DNA from: Pocillopora damicornis
Taxonomy: Eukaryota
Assembly (NCBI RefSeq): GCF_003704095.1
Contig: NW_020843903.1
Span: 186,001 to 250,000 of the forward strand
DNA: 64,000 nucleotides
Direction: 5' to 3'
Below the pieces are notes generated by a model that was not told where the DNA came from, made no database searches, and saw nothing but the letters and a program-made list of their open reading frames with translations. The translations under genes and the position numbers were made by a program. Below are positions 38,198 through 50,600 of this stretch, piece by piece; within the stretch, counting starts at the first letter, position 1, and each line of letters opens with the position of its first letter.

Positions 38198-38380
38198 AAA
38201 GCGATCTTCGCTGTAATGAACACTACTTAGGCAGTAGTAAAAATAATGCCTGAAAAATTTAGACCTCTGCGACAGCGATGCAGTACCCTACCAACTGAGC
38301 TGACAAGCCAACTCGGAGCTGGTCATTTGGATGGTTCGTAATAAACTCGTTAAGTGATGAATAAATGACCGTAAATATAT
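38198..38380 (-). mobile_element. Decayed tRNA-derived SINE
   Basis: The reverse complement carries an A-box-like TCAGCTCAGTTGGTAG. The B-box region appears deleted. Confidence 0.5.
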
Positions 38381-38665
38381 AGTAATAATGATGATAACAA
38401 AATAACGATGAACGGTGATATCAAAAGCAATGACAGAATTGGTGTTGGAACAAAATTACTTTTACGATCTATCGCTATTGGCGAACGTGTAAGATTTTTT
38501 ACAGAAAACTCTCACTTTACCCTTCCTTAATTATCACCATAAATCTCAGAATCCCCCCAAACGCAGTTCAGGATTTATTAGAAGAGCCTCTGATAAGAAA
38601 AATCCCTGCGCGGGAGGGGACGCTTCCTAATGATAGGGTAATGGGGAATGTCGCTGGATGGGATC

Positions 38666-38965
38666 GCATTTTCACGACTGACTATTATGGAGTTGCATAT
38701 TCACCACTGGATTGACTACTGTGGGGTTGCATTTTCACGACTGGATTGACTATTATGGGGTTGCATTTTCACGACTGGATTGACTATTATGGGATTGCAT
38801 TTTCACGACTGGATTGACTATTATGGGGTTGCATTTTCACGACGGCATTGGTAATTATGGGATTGCATTTTCACGACTGGATTGACCATTATGGGGTTGC
38901 ATTTTCACGACTGAATTGACTATTATGGGTTGCATTTTCTCGACTGGATTGACTATTACGGGGTT
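38666..38965. repeat. 34-bp minisatellite, about 9 units, inside a dispersed element (~38604-39209)
   Basis: Consensus GCATTTTCACGACTGGATTGACTATTATGGGGTT repeated head-to-tail with no spacers. Confidence 0.95.
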
Positions 38966-39786
38966 GCATTTCAATAGTTTCAAGAATGGGATCACATGTT
39001 TTCGGGATTTTAGGGGTAAGAAAACTCTAGTAGGAGGAGATTAAAAAATGGGAAGATTCGTGGCTAAAAAGTTGTTACCATATGGCCAAAAGTGACTAAG
39101 ATAGCCGGGGTCTGTAACTGGCCAAAGAATACACGACACAGGGCAGATATTTTTAAAGGGCAGCGACACGTACCCAGAAAAAAATTGACCAAAGTAACCC
39201 CCCCTGGGAATTGATTTGTTTTCAGAATGTTATATAGGTTCAGAATTACCACTGCTTGCTGATGAAAACTGCTATCAAGACTTCGATCTCTTAGTTTTAA
39301 AACTCCAAAGTTTCCCGAAATTCGTCCGCCATTGCTGATAAAGGGTCGGGCTAAAATTGCGTCTAACCCTTTAAATTCTAAAAGTGACCAGCATCTAATT
39401 TCTCCTAACAGGAATACCGTTGAATCATTTAGGAAGATCGTGAGAATAAAGGAAATGATCACCATCCTAAGAAGCTTTGATTGTTAAGTAAATTCTCCTT
39501 GCCAGGTACAAAGGAAATGTTTAAAGAAGAGTGAGGAGAATATAGATACTGATGTTATTTGGTTTTAGTTTTACGGCACCGAGTCAATTGAACAGAGCTT
39601 AACATACTTGAATCGAACCAACACAAACTCCAATCTCAGTATTCGTTTCATAATTCGTTTATTCATGTTTCCTCGATGTATTTACTTCATACAAGTAATC
39701 AGTTTAACTTAAATGAAAGAGAGATAGAATTTAGAGAGAAACTTGCTGTAATCAGGAGCCCATCAATTGGAGCCTCTATCTTCCAA

Positions 39787-39905
39787 GAGGGCATCTGCGG
39801 GGTTAACCGTCAACCGTAAAACTTTAAGAAATTAACCGTTAGCCGCTGTAAATGTCCAAATTTTTAACCGCTAGCTGTAAAAGCCATCACCCCATTGAGA
39901 CCCTC
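39787..39905. mobile_element. 119-bp MITE with a 6-bp TSD
   Basis: GAGGG...CCCTC termini flanked by TTCCAA on both sides. A related reverse copy starts at ~7900 in intron 4 of paralogue C. Confidence 0.65.
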
Positions 39906-40842
39906 TTCCAAACGAAGCCTAGGAGTCATTCCTCTCCCGAGGAGAGAGGCCCTCAGGGGAAGTTTCAGGTCCTAAGAACCAGTCACGACAGAGCTGTGAC
40001 AATCCTACTGGTTTAGGTCCAACATCCGTTCGCATGCACTGGTCAGTGAAATCAGTTCCTGAGACTCGCAGTTGACTAAACGGAAATATGATACATCTCG
40101 CTGGAAAAAGCTCAACTAAAACTAAATCTACTCGGGAAAGGGTTGACTGGAAGAATCAGTGGAGATAAAGGATCCTGTTGATGGGCTCCTGTACAGAATT
40201 GCCTCCTGAAAACATCTTTGTGGTCAAAAGTGATATTTCACACTTTTAAAACGCATTTTTCAAAGTCACCCAGAAATACGCTGGGCGACGTCAAGATACA
40301 GGCACGTTATTTTTTCTAACTTATAAATGCTCTCACTCTGGTTCCTATTTCTTTAACCACATCTTTTGGTTTTATTTTGCCTATTTCATGAGTAGCATTT
40401 GCTTCCCCTTAAAAGTGTTTACAAAAATTAAGTAACCCTGAAGTTATTGTGGAGCTTAGTTGTCTCAAACATTATCACCTAATTGGACATTGCATTCAAT
40501 TTTTTCATGTAAATAAATAATGTTAAATAAATAGTGTCATTTTTTTACGCGTTACTACTCCCTCATTAAGTATTTTCAGTTAATATAAGGTATTTGTTTC
40601 GTGCGTGTGGGCTGTGGCTCATGAAACGTTTGTGATTCACAATAGTGAACATGCTCAAACGTACATTCTCACTTCCCAGGCTCCCACCCCTCCCCCCCTG
40701 AAAAAAATAAACTAGGCATTTTTTTGCCATGTTTGGACAACTCCGGAAAATGAAGATGGGTATGAATTGAAGCAAAATTGAACTTTTTAAAAAATAATTT
40801 TGAAAAAAAAAATAACAGGTATTTCTTTCTTCTATTTTGAAA

Positions 40843-43800
40843 TTAACAATGGAAATTACTGTCCCATCCTGTGGTATTCCGCATACGCGTAAAACAGAAT
40901 TCTTTACTGGCTGAGAAATGTTGGATGCACTCGTCCCTAAGATACGGTTCCACAAACAAGCCTACCAATCCGGCCGTGAATCCTCCCACTGCGTTACCTA
41001 TAGTTAGCAGTCCCAAGGCGAACTCTCTTTCCTCGGGCTTGGTATACCGCGCGACAGCATGGGGCGAGTGAAGGACAATCATACCCGCAAAGAGCCCAAG
41101 AGTGGAACAGAGGGCAATCATTACCCAGATATACGGGACAAAATGGTACCAAGATTCGAACAGGAAAAACACCAGGTGTGACATCTCAAATGCTGCCAGA
41201 ATCCACGTCCGATCGCACTTCAGGAGGTCAGTAGCTTCAGGGGGTAGACATGCAAAGACGAACAAATAACTCCTACCAATAAACTTACCGATTCTGTAGG
41301 AAAGCGAGTAGTAGAGGAAGTGGTCCCGTGGATGAATGTGCGATTTCGGAAAGGCGATTGTTGTCACCACGGACGAGTTAGACATGTACTCGGCAAAGAA
41401 ACTAAAAAATAAAGGGATTATGAAAGGCAAGATTCTTGCACCGATTCTCAGCTTCTCGTCGCATCGTGGTCTTTGGGGGACTTCCGTGGTCTGTTCTGTA
41501 TCTTCGTTCGTTGATCCTACGATGGAATATTCAACCCCTTCGTGTTCCGTGGGCTTGGCGTGTGCAGCAGTCACAATATATTCCTTGTCCAAAATTGCGT
41601 AGAAGACCAAGATGAGTACAGGCAAGGGAATTGTCATCATAATAGCGGTTTTGGGAGAGACACAACCCCACGTGGTCAGACCTAAAAAAAGAAAATGACG
41701 ATATTTTCATATCACGCAATAGCGGGACTTGGTGATCATTAGAAGGAGAAATTAGAAGCTAATCACTCTAAGGGATCAAAGAATTTGATAAGTTTACGAG
41801 TCAAAAGTACTGTATACGAAACATAACAAACGCCAGCAGCATATTTCAGTAACCGTGCCTTTCGAAAACCATTGGACGTTTTGATAATTTTGTTACCAAC
41901 ACCATCGCGTGTAATATATTTTTAAAACTTGATTTCTAGTAATTTTCCATAAAAAAACAATAAATAATTTTTCTTTTCTTTCCACATGGTAATGTAGATA
42001 GCATTCATGTTGATGTTTGAGTTTCATTCTTTTGCATTTAAAAATGATTGGTCGGGATTGATGAGAATAATCTGTGATCAAAGGTCTCTTTAAGTACAGA
42101 TGGTCCAAAAAAAAGGGGGAAAAAAAAGAGACAGAAGAGCGAGAGATGACACTAACATTTGCTTGACAAGATTCGAGCAAAGTTTTTCAAGAAGCGATTC
42201 GTTCGAAGGCTCGGCGTAAGTTTAACGAGCTTTGGGAAGAGAATAATCGAGATTTTCCAAGAGCCATTCAATTCAAACTTCTGATTTAGTGCGCTTTTCG
42301 ATTGAAAGTCGTAAAGCTAAAACCAAAAGTAATCACAACGTCTGTTTCATTTAAATTGCTAGCAAATGTTCTGTTTGTCTGTTTATAAACAATTTGGAAT
42401 CGATGTGTGACGTTGATATCAAGAACGGGAAAACGCACAGGTTTATTACGTAAAAAGAAAGAAATAAAAATATATTAGCGAGGAAAGGAAAGGCATTTTA
42501 AATTTGAGGAAGAGGGATTATTAGAATAAAGATGATTTTAAATTTAACAGCCTAAGGATGAGTCTCGGTGACAAAGCCACGCAACTAATATACAAGAAAT
42601 GATATAGCATGCAGTCGATCAGTATCATTCATGATCAGTTTGCTCCAGGTCATGTGAGTCATGGAAAGCGAAAAAATTTACATGAATTGTTAAAAAAGGT
42701 TAGACGAGCCATCAGGATGTCTTGCTTGATGAAATACTTTCAACTTTAGTTCTGGATTGAGTTGCTAACAAATTTTCTCGATCCTAGCTTAGGAGTTGTT
42801 ACAAAATATTTCCAAATTAAGAGGAAAACGTATTTTGTTTTTCGCGAGCTCACAATAAGATGACACACGTCAATTACGAGAAGAAGGAAAACTCACTGAA
42901 CCAAATCAATTAAAACAGCCATTTTTTTGAATAAGATATTACCAACAGTTATTGACCGACGATTGTTTAGGCTTGAAATCACGAATTTAATACATTCTAC
43001 CACCATGAGACCATTTAATTACGATTGAACACGCCTGTTAACAAAATGGCTCGTTCCTTGAACGGTTTAACGATGAAAGGAAAACGCTCCTTTCTCAAAG
43101 GTGAAAGCGTCGTCTTAGTAAATCCGAAATTTTTGAAAATGTAGAATAATGAAATATGTACTATGATTTAAATTACTTTAAAAGGGCAAACAATAGCTGG
43201 TACAAAGCAAAAACAGCTGGGATTAGCATTTTTGAGATTTTTTTTTTTTTACTAAAACTTCCCAAGTGAAAAATGCCAAGCGTCTGCTTGAATAAACGAG
43301 AAACGCATTAGGTCAAGTGTGAAAGGGCCGAGCGAGCGGGAAAGGTGTGAATGCGCTTACAATATCTTTCTTGATGACAGAGCGAGTGGGCTGAAAATAA
43401 ACAGCTGTTTCATTCGACGAATTTTTATATTTGTGAAAAGAATATTTTATTTTCGCGTCTCTCGAAATATCGCGAACACGACGAAAAAAACTCTTGTTTA
43501 GCGAGAATCTTGACGGTTAAAAATTCCAGTTTGTTGATATTAAATGAAATGGCTCTTACTGATCCTAACGCTTGAAAAAGTTAAATGAACGAGAATAGTC
43601 CGTTCATGTTTTCTAAATATGATATCGTTCAACGTAAAATTGATGAAATCTGAATGAAACAGAAGCAATGAACTGAAAATATTTAACTTACCTGTGTAAT
43701 AAAGTGGAGAGATCAGCGAAGCTGTGCCAGTGCCAGCAACGAAAGAACTAATGGCAATCTGTGGATAAAACGAAGTCAAAGCAAGAAATACTACTTCAGA

Positions 43801-44187
43801 AACACCAGTAGCCATGGCATTTAAAGCAATTCCCACAAGTTTCGCTCTCATATCTTCTACGAAGACGATCAGAGCCAGCCCCAAAGTCATACACAGAACG
43901 ATGTACGAAGCTTTCACTAAGTACGGAATCTTCTGTATAAACCACGGCGCGAGTATTTTTGTAACCATCAATGGCGTCACGAAACATACAAGAATTGTAG
44001 ATGTCGGAAGTTTTCGCCCGCTCAGGATATCTTCGGAGGCTGTATAGAGTAATTCTTGATTGAAAAAACTGAGAGTGCCGAAGATGAAGAAACAGAGCGT
44101 ATTCAACCAGCTCGAGCTTGATTCAGATCGTCTACTACCAACATCGGGGCTGAAATAACAGAATATCTCTTTTATGCGACCCCACAT
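40843..44187 (-). CDS. CLN3/battenin-like MFS-fold membrane protein, copy 2
   Basis: Exons 44187-43692 and 41681-40843. The phase-1 intron is at the same position as in copy 1 (LYYT|G/S). Colinear similarity to copy 1 over the whole length; ends in NFHC*. Confidence 0.9.
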
Positions 44188-45539
44188 GGTTTAAAACTTG
44201 GCTATTCAAAGTTTTCCAATGTTAAACTCGCCAATGCCTTCGTTTTCACGGCATCGTCGCGGAAGACAACACGACCCTTCGGCGTCAGATCTAAAGCCAA
44301 CGCGAAAACTATATCTTGTTCTTTTCTCCGCTTAAGTAAATTTAGCAAAATTTGAATTGCAGATGGTCGGCGGATGTCCGCCAAAGGGAACTGATAACAA
44401 TAGCTGCTCTCAAAACAAAGGTCATCTAATTTTGAATTGAAAAGAAAATTTGCGTAGACGCCCCCGATGTTGGCAGAAGTTTCCTAAGGGTAAAGGTTTG
44501 AAATTTGATAAAAATTTACAAGAAAAATGTTTCAATAAATTGGAATAAGAAAAATCAATGCTTAACTGTTAAAAATTAACTCATTAAAATTTACGCGGAA
44601 GCCCATCGAAAGCTGGAGGTTACCTTGGCAACTATCACATTACATAAGGGGCGATTGTTTTAAGATACAAAATTTTCCATATAATTTCGTACTATTTAAT
44701 TCCCTCGTTTTCACTTGCGCTTTAAGAGAGAATTATACCGTACGAAAGCGAGAAAAGCATTCAATTTGGCAGATGTGAGTTTCGGTTTTAAATGAGCTAT
44801 TAAATGAAAAACCAAAACAGATAGACGTCGACATTCAAATAACCATGGTGTGGCTAACCCTGAATAAATTACATATTCAGTTGTCTGGAAACCAATTCTA
44901 TCCGATAATCTAAATCCCATCGTCTTAAGCGTGTAATATAGACAACCACTGCTCTAAATTGTTTAGAATTCTCCCCTTAAGAGGCGAACTTTAATTCTGC
45001 TAAATGTTTACAGATCTCCTGCTACGAGTAGTCTCTCTTAGCTTAGTAAGCCACCGCATGAAACAGGAAATGAAACTCGCTCCAGATTAATTAGTTGAAC
45101 GGTTGTAGCAAGCAGCGCCGAGTATTTTCTTTTCCAGCACACACTAGTAAGGTGGGTTAGCTCTAGGAGAGCGAAAACTACTAATTTTTGCGGAGAGGAA
45201 GATTAGTGAAACGAAAAATAATCGGGAATCAAAGGAGATTGTCAACTGGTGTGATTTCTTTCATAAGTTGCTGGTTCCGACTTCAACAATGTAGAGACAT
45301 TCAAAGAAACATGAGCTTAGAAACCAAAACAAAGACGAGAAAGACAATAAAAAAACAAAATCAGGCAAATTCAATAGTGGTGTCAAAAACCACTGTTGTG
45401 CCATGTCAGCGAGCAAGCGAGCGACAAAACTCCTCGCAGATTTTCAACGTACAGGTGATAAACAGAGATCTTAAAACAAGACAAAAACAAACTGACGTTT
45501 CGAATACGTCTCTGCTTTCTTATAATCCAAATCTCACTA

Positions 45540-45676
45540 CGGATTATTTTCAGTATCTGAGCAACTGCGCTCCCCCCTGCCCTAACCTCACATCACCCCT
45601 AGCTTGTTATCAGTTGATTGTTATACGGCTAGGGGAGGAGTACGTGCGCAGTTTGCTCAGATACTGACATTGATCT
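45540..45676. mobile_element. Short palindromic MITE (related partial copy at ~46020-46121)
   Basis: cagtatctgagcaactgcgc ... gcgcagtttgctcagatactg inverted ends. Confidence 0.65.
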
Positions 45677-46879
45677 TCGATCCTTTAAAACAATTTCTCC
45701 TGGAGGAAAAAATGCGCAGAGTTACACGCCACCAAAAAAACCAAATTATTGTCAAACGGAACAATACTCCTATGAAAATCAAGTGTTTATATTACTCAGA
45801 CTCCCTCAAAATAATACGAATAACCTTTCATATATCATGCTTCTGAATAAATAAACAAGATGGAAGATTTCCAAAGTCGCTTCTTTTTTTATTATGTTCA
45901 GCGAAATTTAACTCGAAGCAGAACCGTAAAAATTTTTTTCTCGCAAGACAGAACATTTGAATCACCAATCCACAAAGTCAAATTCCCACAGAATATTTGA
46001 ATAAATGACAAGTGGGTGCCAGCCCCTTTATTAACTCAACATTAGTCTTAAGTTATCTGGTTGACTGTTGTTAAGTTAGGGGAGGGGTAGGTGCGTAGTT
46101 GCTCAGATACTAAAATTGATCAGATTTTTCATACCCTACGAAAACAGCAACCTCGAATGAATAAACACAAACACAAAAATGAATCCAACTCAGACATCAC
46201 ACCTTTATCACAAAAAAGACACTGCAACTAATTTTAAGTCGGAAGAGTTGTTGTCTCCAGAGCCCCTCGGTTCAGAAATCCACTGAGGAGCTTTGGTTAA
46301 CTAACTTGTAAACCTACACTATATCTTTTAAAAATATTTTTTTTGAATGATAAACTAATACTTACTGACATTCGAAAGAAATTAAGTCATTCAGAGCCAG
46401 ACCAGACTGTTCATGCAATTCCGACCAGCGGAAATAAGTGCCTGACATGCGTATTACATTTCGTCTAAGACATAAGGAGATGTGAGCTATGCTGCTTAGT
46501 TAAAAGCACCGTAAATGAAATAAATTTGAACGCAAATCAAAACAAAGTATCAGTATTTCTCTAATGCTGATTTTTTTGCCTTTCAAAAAGGCAAGCGTTC
46601 AGGAAATGTAAACAACAGCGAAAGTTTCAAACGTCGTTTTAAGCTCTGTTAAAACTAACACATAATTAACCCCATTGCAAAAAAGTTATAAACACTTAAT
46701 TTATGAGCCAAGAATATCGTTGACTTGTCTTTTTTCCCACCCAAGGAGACGTCTGCCCTTAGAACAGCGCAAATAGAACGTAACTGATAAATATGTTCCG
46801 CTCTAACGACTGGGTCAATTTCGTTTACAGAACGAAATTTACAATAGGTGTCAAAACCAAAGGGTTTCCATGGTTTCAA

Positions 46880-47291
46880 TAGAGAGTTTTCGATCTACGT
46901 TTGGTGTGTTCACGACAAACGTCAAACTGCGGTCAGCGGTTTGTGGTTAGAAGTTATCAGTTTTGAGACTTTCAGCTTTTTAGATCGAAGTCGGCTTTCA
47001 ACCGGAAAAAATCAACATGTGCGCCGACATCTTGAATCACACAAAGGATGAGGGTCATTCATTTCAAACACAAAATGCGGCCAAAAGATTGGTTTCCTAG
47101 CGTCCAAAACGGATTGGTTATATATTCATAGGACATACGCGATAACTTTTGAACAGGAAGGGAAAAAGGATCGAGGGAGTTCAAACGTGGACGGCAAACG
47201 GCGAACGTGACCGCTGGAGTCTGGTCACGTAAGACCTAGACGTTTGCGGTCACACATACTCAGATACAAACGTGGATCTAAAGATCCCTAA
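46880..47291. mobile_element. MITE with imperfect TIRs
   Basis: tagagagttttcgatctacgtttg ... caaacgtggatctaaagatcccta. Confidence 0.6.
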
Positions 47292-47611
47292 TAGAAGCGG
47301 TTATCGGTGATCTACCGCCTATCAAAGCATCGACAGTCGCTCATGCAAAATGTTACTGAAACCCCCGGAAGGCCTGGGAACTACCTTTGAATAATTACCA
47401 TTTTGAATGGTTTAGAAAACTAGTCAACCAATCACATGATGCAAAATGAAAATTTAAATGCAGAGCGGGCATTATAAGCTCAAGTTAGCCATGCAGCTAA
47501 TAAATTAGAATACAGGATTCGCTGCCAGTTATGTACCAAGGAAGGGCATTACCAGCTTCTATGCCCAAGAGAATCGTGGAACAAGATAACAGTCTGAAGT
47601 TTAAGCTAAAT

Positions 47612-50600
47612 TCAACGTCTTCTACAAACTGTGCACGATGGAGTATCGTCACATTCTTCAATTCCTCGGGCAAATAAGCGAATAAGATGGCGATGCACCC
47701 TGAAAACAAAGGGATAAGTGTAGAAATAAGTTCCGGATCTCAAGGAACAAATGATGGTTGATTGGGAAATCACAGTGTTGACCCTGTAACTCTCATGAGT
47801 GACCAAGACAGAATTTTCTTTACAATACCAATACAATATCAAGCAGACAAGCGATAGAAATAATCGTAGATAAAAGAAACAGGTTCGTACTTTACGTGTA
47901 TGGCAGAATGTGTAACCAACTCTCCATCCACGTTCCAAACGCTCCTGGCGCGGGGTCGTGGCGTCACTGATGACGTTTTTGCGGCCAGCCGCTCTTCGTC
48001 ATCATCTCTAGTTCCAGTCTCTTCACTGCCGTCGTTTTCGTCACCAGTCTCACTGTCCTCACATAGAGGCCGGAAGTAAAACTCCCGCACGCGATGAATT
48101 TCCACGAAATCGAAGTTAAACTAATTGCGAGAGAAGAAAAACCACAAAATAATCAATAATTATTGCTGATCTAAAAAAATGAAAACAAGGGACAATGAGC
48201 AAAAGAAAGCAAATAGAATTTCAATATTAACCTGATCTGCCCTGGAAGAGATTCTGATCATATGTCTAAGGTACTGTAGGCGTGATGTATGTCGAACAAG
48301 AATGAGATCCAAACAGCCGTCAGCTAGATGCGCACTGGGAGAAAGACCTTCGGGACTCTTGGCGCATGCGCATGAAATATTTGCACCAATGACACTGATG
48401 AAGCGACCTTTAATGGAACGCCAACCTGGAGAGAGAGCAGAATCATAGTCAACAGCACAATTTTTTTTTTCTTTGTCGTACACTCAAGCATACGGATTAA
48501 CAGCCTTCTTTGTATTGCGATCGAGGAAGAAAAATCCATCGCAAGTTCGCCCTTCTACCCATTCGCCCCCAGGAGGTCAAGTTCACTCTATCATTACCCT
48601 AGGCGATGAACGGGTAAAGGTGGGGGCAACCTTGTTATATTTGATGGGGCGAACTCGTGACTGGGGGGCAAATAATTAAGGACGAGCTTGCAATGGAGCG
48701 CAACTTCCTGATATCAGTCATCATTATGCAACCGTCTTTCTGGTCGCAAAGGACGCTTCCAACATATTCTGAGCTTGGAACTATGAAGGAAGGGTCTCAC
48801 ATATGATCCTTGTACATGGCTTGACTTGCTTTTCCACGTTTTCCAAACCTAGAGGCCGGTTATCTGTGTTCACGATTAATCGAAAACATTCGCGCTGCCT
48901 TCTCGACCAATCAGGTGCAAAACTTAAACCAATCGTGACTTGGTCTTCCGCGTTTTCCGCTCCTCGAGCCGGTTACCAATGTTCGTGATTCGCTTAAAAA
49001 AAACTCGTGTCACCCATTCAGCCAATCAGGAACAAAACTTAAACCAATTGTGACTTGGTTTTCCGCGTTTTCCCGCCCTTTGGGCCGGTCACCGTTGTTC
49101 TTGAATTGCCTAAAAATCTTGCACCACCCTCTCAATCAATCAGGTGCATCGGTCATTTGCGTTTCCCACACTTGTTTAGCATTTGCTCGGTGCTAAACAT
49201 TCCAAACACGAAATCTGAAGGGGCAAATTAATGCTATAATCGTGACAAAACGAAAACATCTTTCTTTATTAGACGAGTGAACTTAAAATTAACCATTTCT
49301 CTTTTAGCCCTGTTCGACCGAGTGTAGTAATAGAAAAGAAAAATATAATAGCGAGCCAGTGAAAAAAATCAAGGTAAAACCACACAAATTGCCTGAAGCA
49401 CGAAAAAACGCGGGTCATGAGCTCGTGATCGGTTTTAGGTTTGCATTTGATTGGTTTGAGAGCCTATCGCGGATTTTCTGGAGCAATCATAGACCGTAGT
49501 GCAGAAAACAGCACTCGCACCCAGACCTTTCCATCCGGAGGCCAGCGTGCCAATCACCTTGTCTCCTTGGTAATAAAAAATATGTAAAAAATTTCAATTA
49601 TCAGTTCATTTAGAAATAACCAACCTGTTGTGGACTGTTGAAAGTCACGTTGCTGACCTGAGTCACAAAAATCACTACAAACATGGCAGCTGAGGAAAAA
49701 TAAAAAACAAATAAAAATAAGTAAGGAAAGAATCGTCAATTGCGAGAAATAAAACCACAACTTAAGACTTAAGATAGGCGACGTTAGCTCTTGAATTAAC
49801 AAGATAATTTGGTGTTTTCGATTGACTTAATGACTGATGGAGAGATAACACTCCAAAAGACAGCTTTAGGAACTCTTTAAGGAGGTCAATGATAAAACCA
49901 AATTATCTTGTTATACCCTTCCCTCCCCTCTCCTCCCCTCCTCCCCCTTTCACACACACACACACACAGATCATAAAACGACACAAAACGATCAGTAGCT
50001 CATAAAAAGGTTTAAAGCTCACTTACCCAGACCGACATCTAGTTCTGTCTCGTGGCGCATGCTCTGTATTTTGAGCCGGTAGAAAAGTAACTGCACCATC
50101 ATAGCCCCTGTGCGGAGAAAAATTGAATCACAAAAATTTACATCTAAGTACAATTTATGGACAAACTTTCAGGTGAGAGTGAAAAGGAATCCTGTATTGG
50201 ATTGGTTTGCTTCACTCCGTCCTGTGATTGGTCTTAAAATCTCGCGCAAACTTCTCAATCAATCAGGTACAAAGTTAAAACCATGTGTACCTCGGTCATT
50301 TGCGTTTTTCCGCCCATGAGGCCACTTACCTGTGTTCTTGATTGGTCTAAAAATCTCATACCACCCTCTCAACCAATCAGGGGGAAAAACTAAAACCAAG
50401 CGCGGCACGATTATTAGCGTTTTCCCGCGCTTTAGGTATAAGATTTTCCCGCCCTTACAAGTTCTTACTTTGAGTTCCCATTGGTTCTTTCAGATGCTGA
50501 GCTTTATTCGGATTAAAGGGGGTAAATTTCAGAGCGAATGGCGAAGGGCACACGCTCGATACGTCAGCTTAGGAACTCTTTACAGTGGCCAATTTACGTC

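Noticed and set aside
38666-38965. CRISPR-like array of ~34-bp repeats
   Set aside because: The units are contiguous with no unique spacers, there are no cas genes, and the context is eukaryotic. It is a minisatellite.
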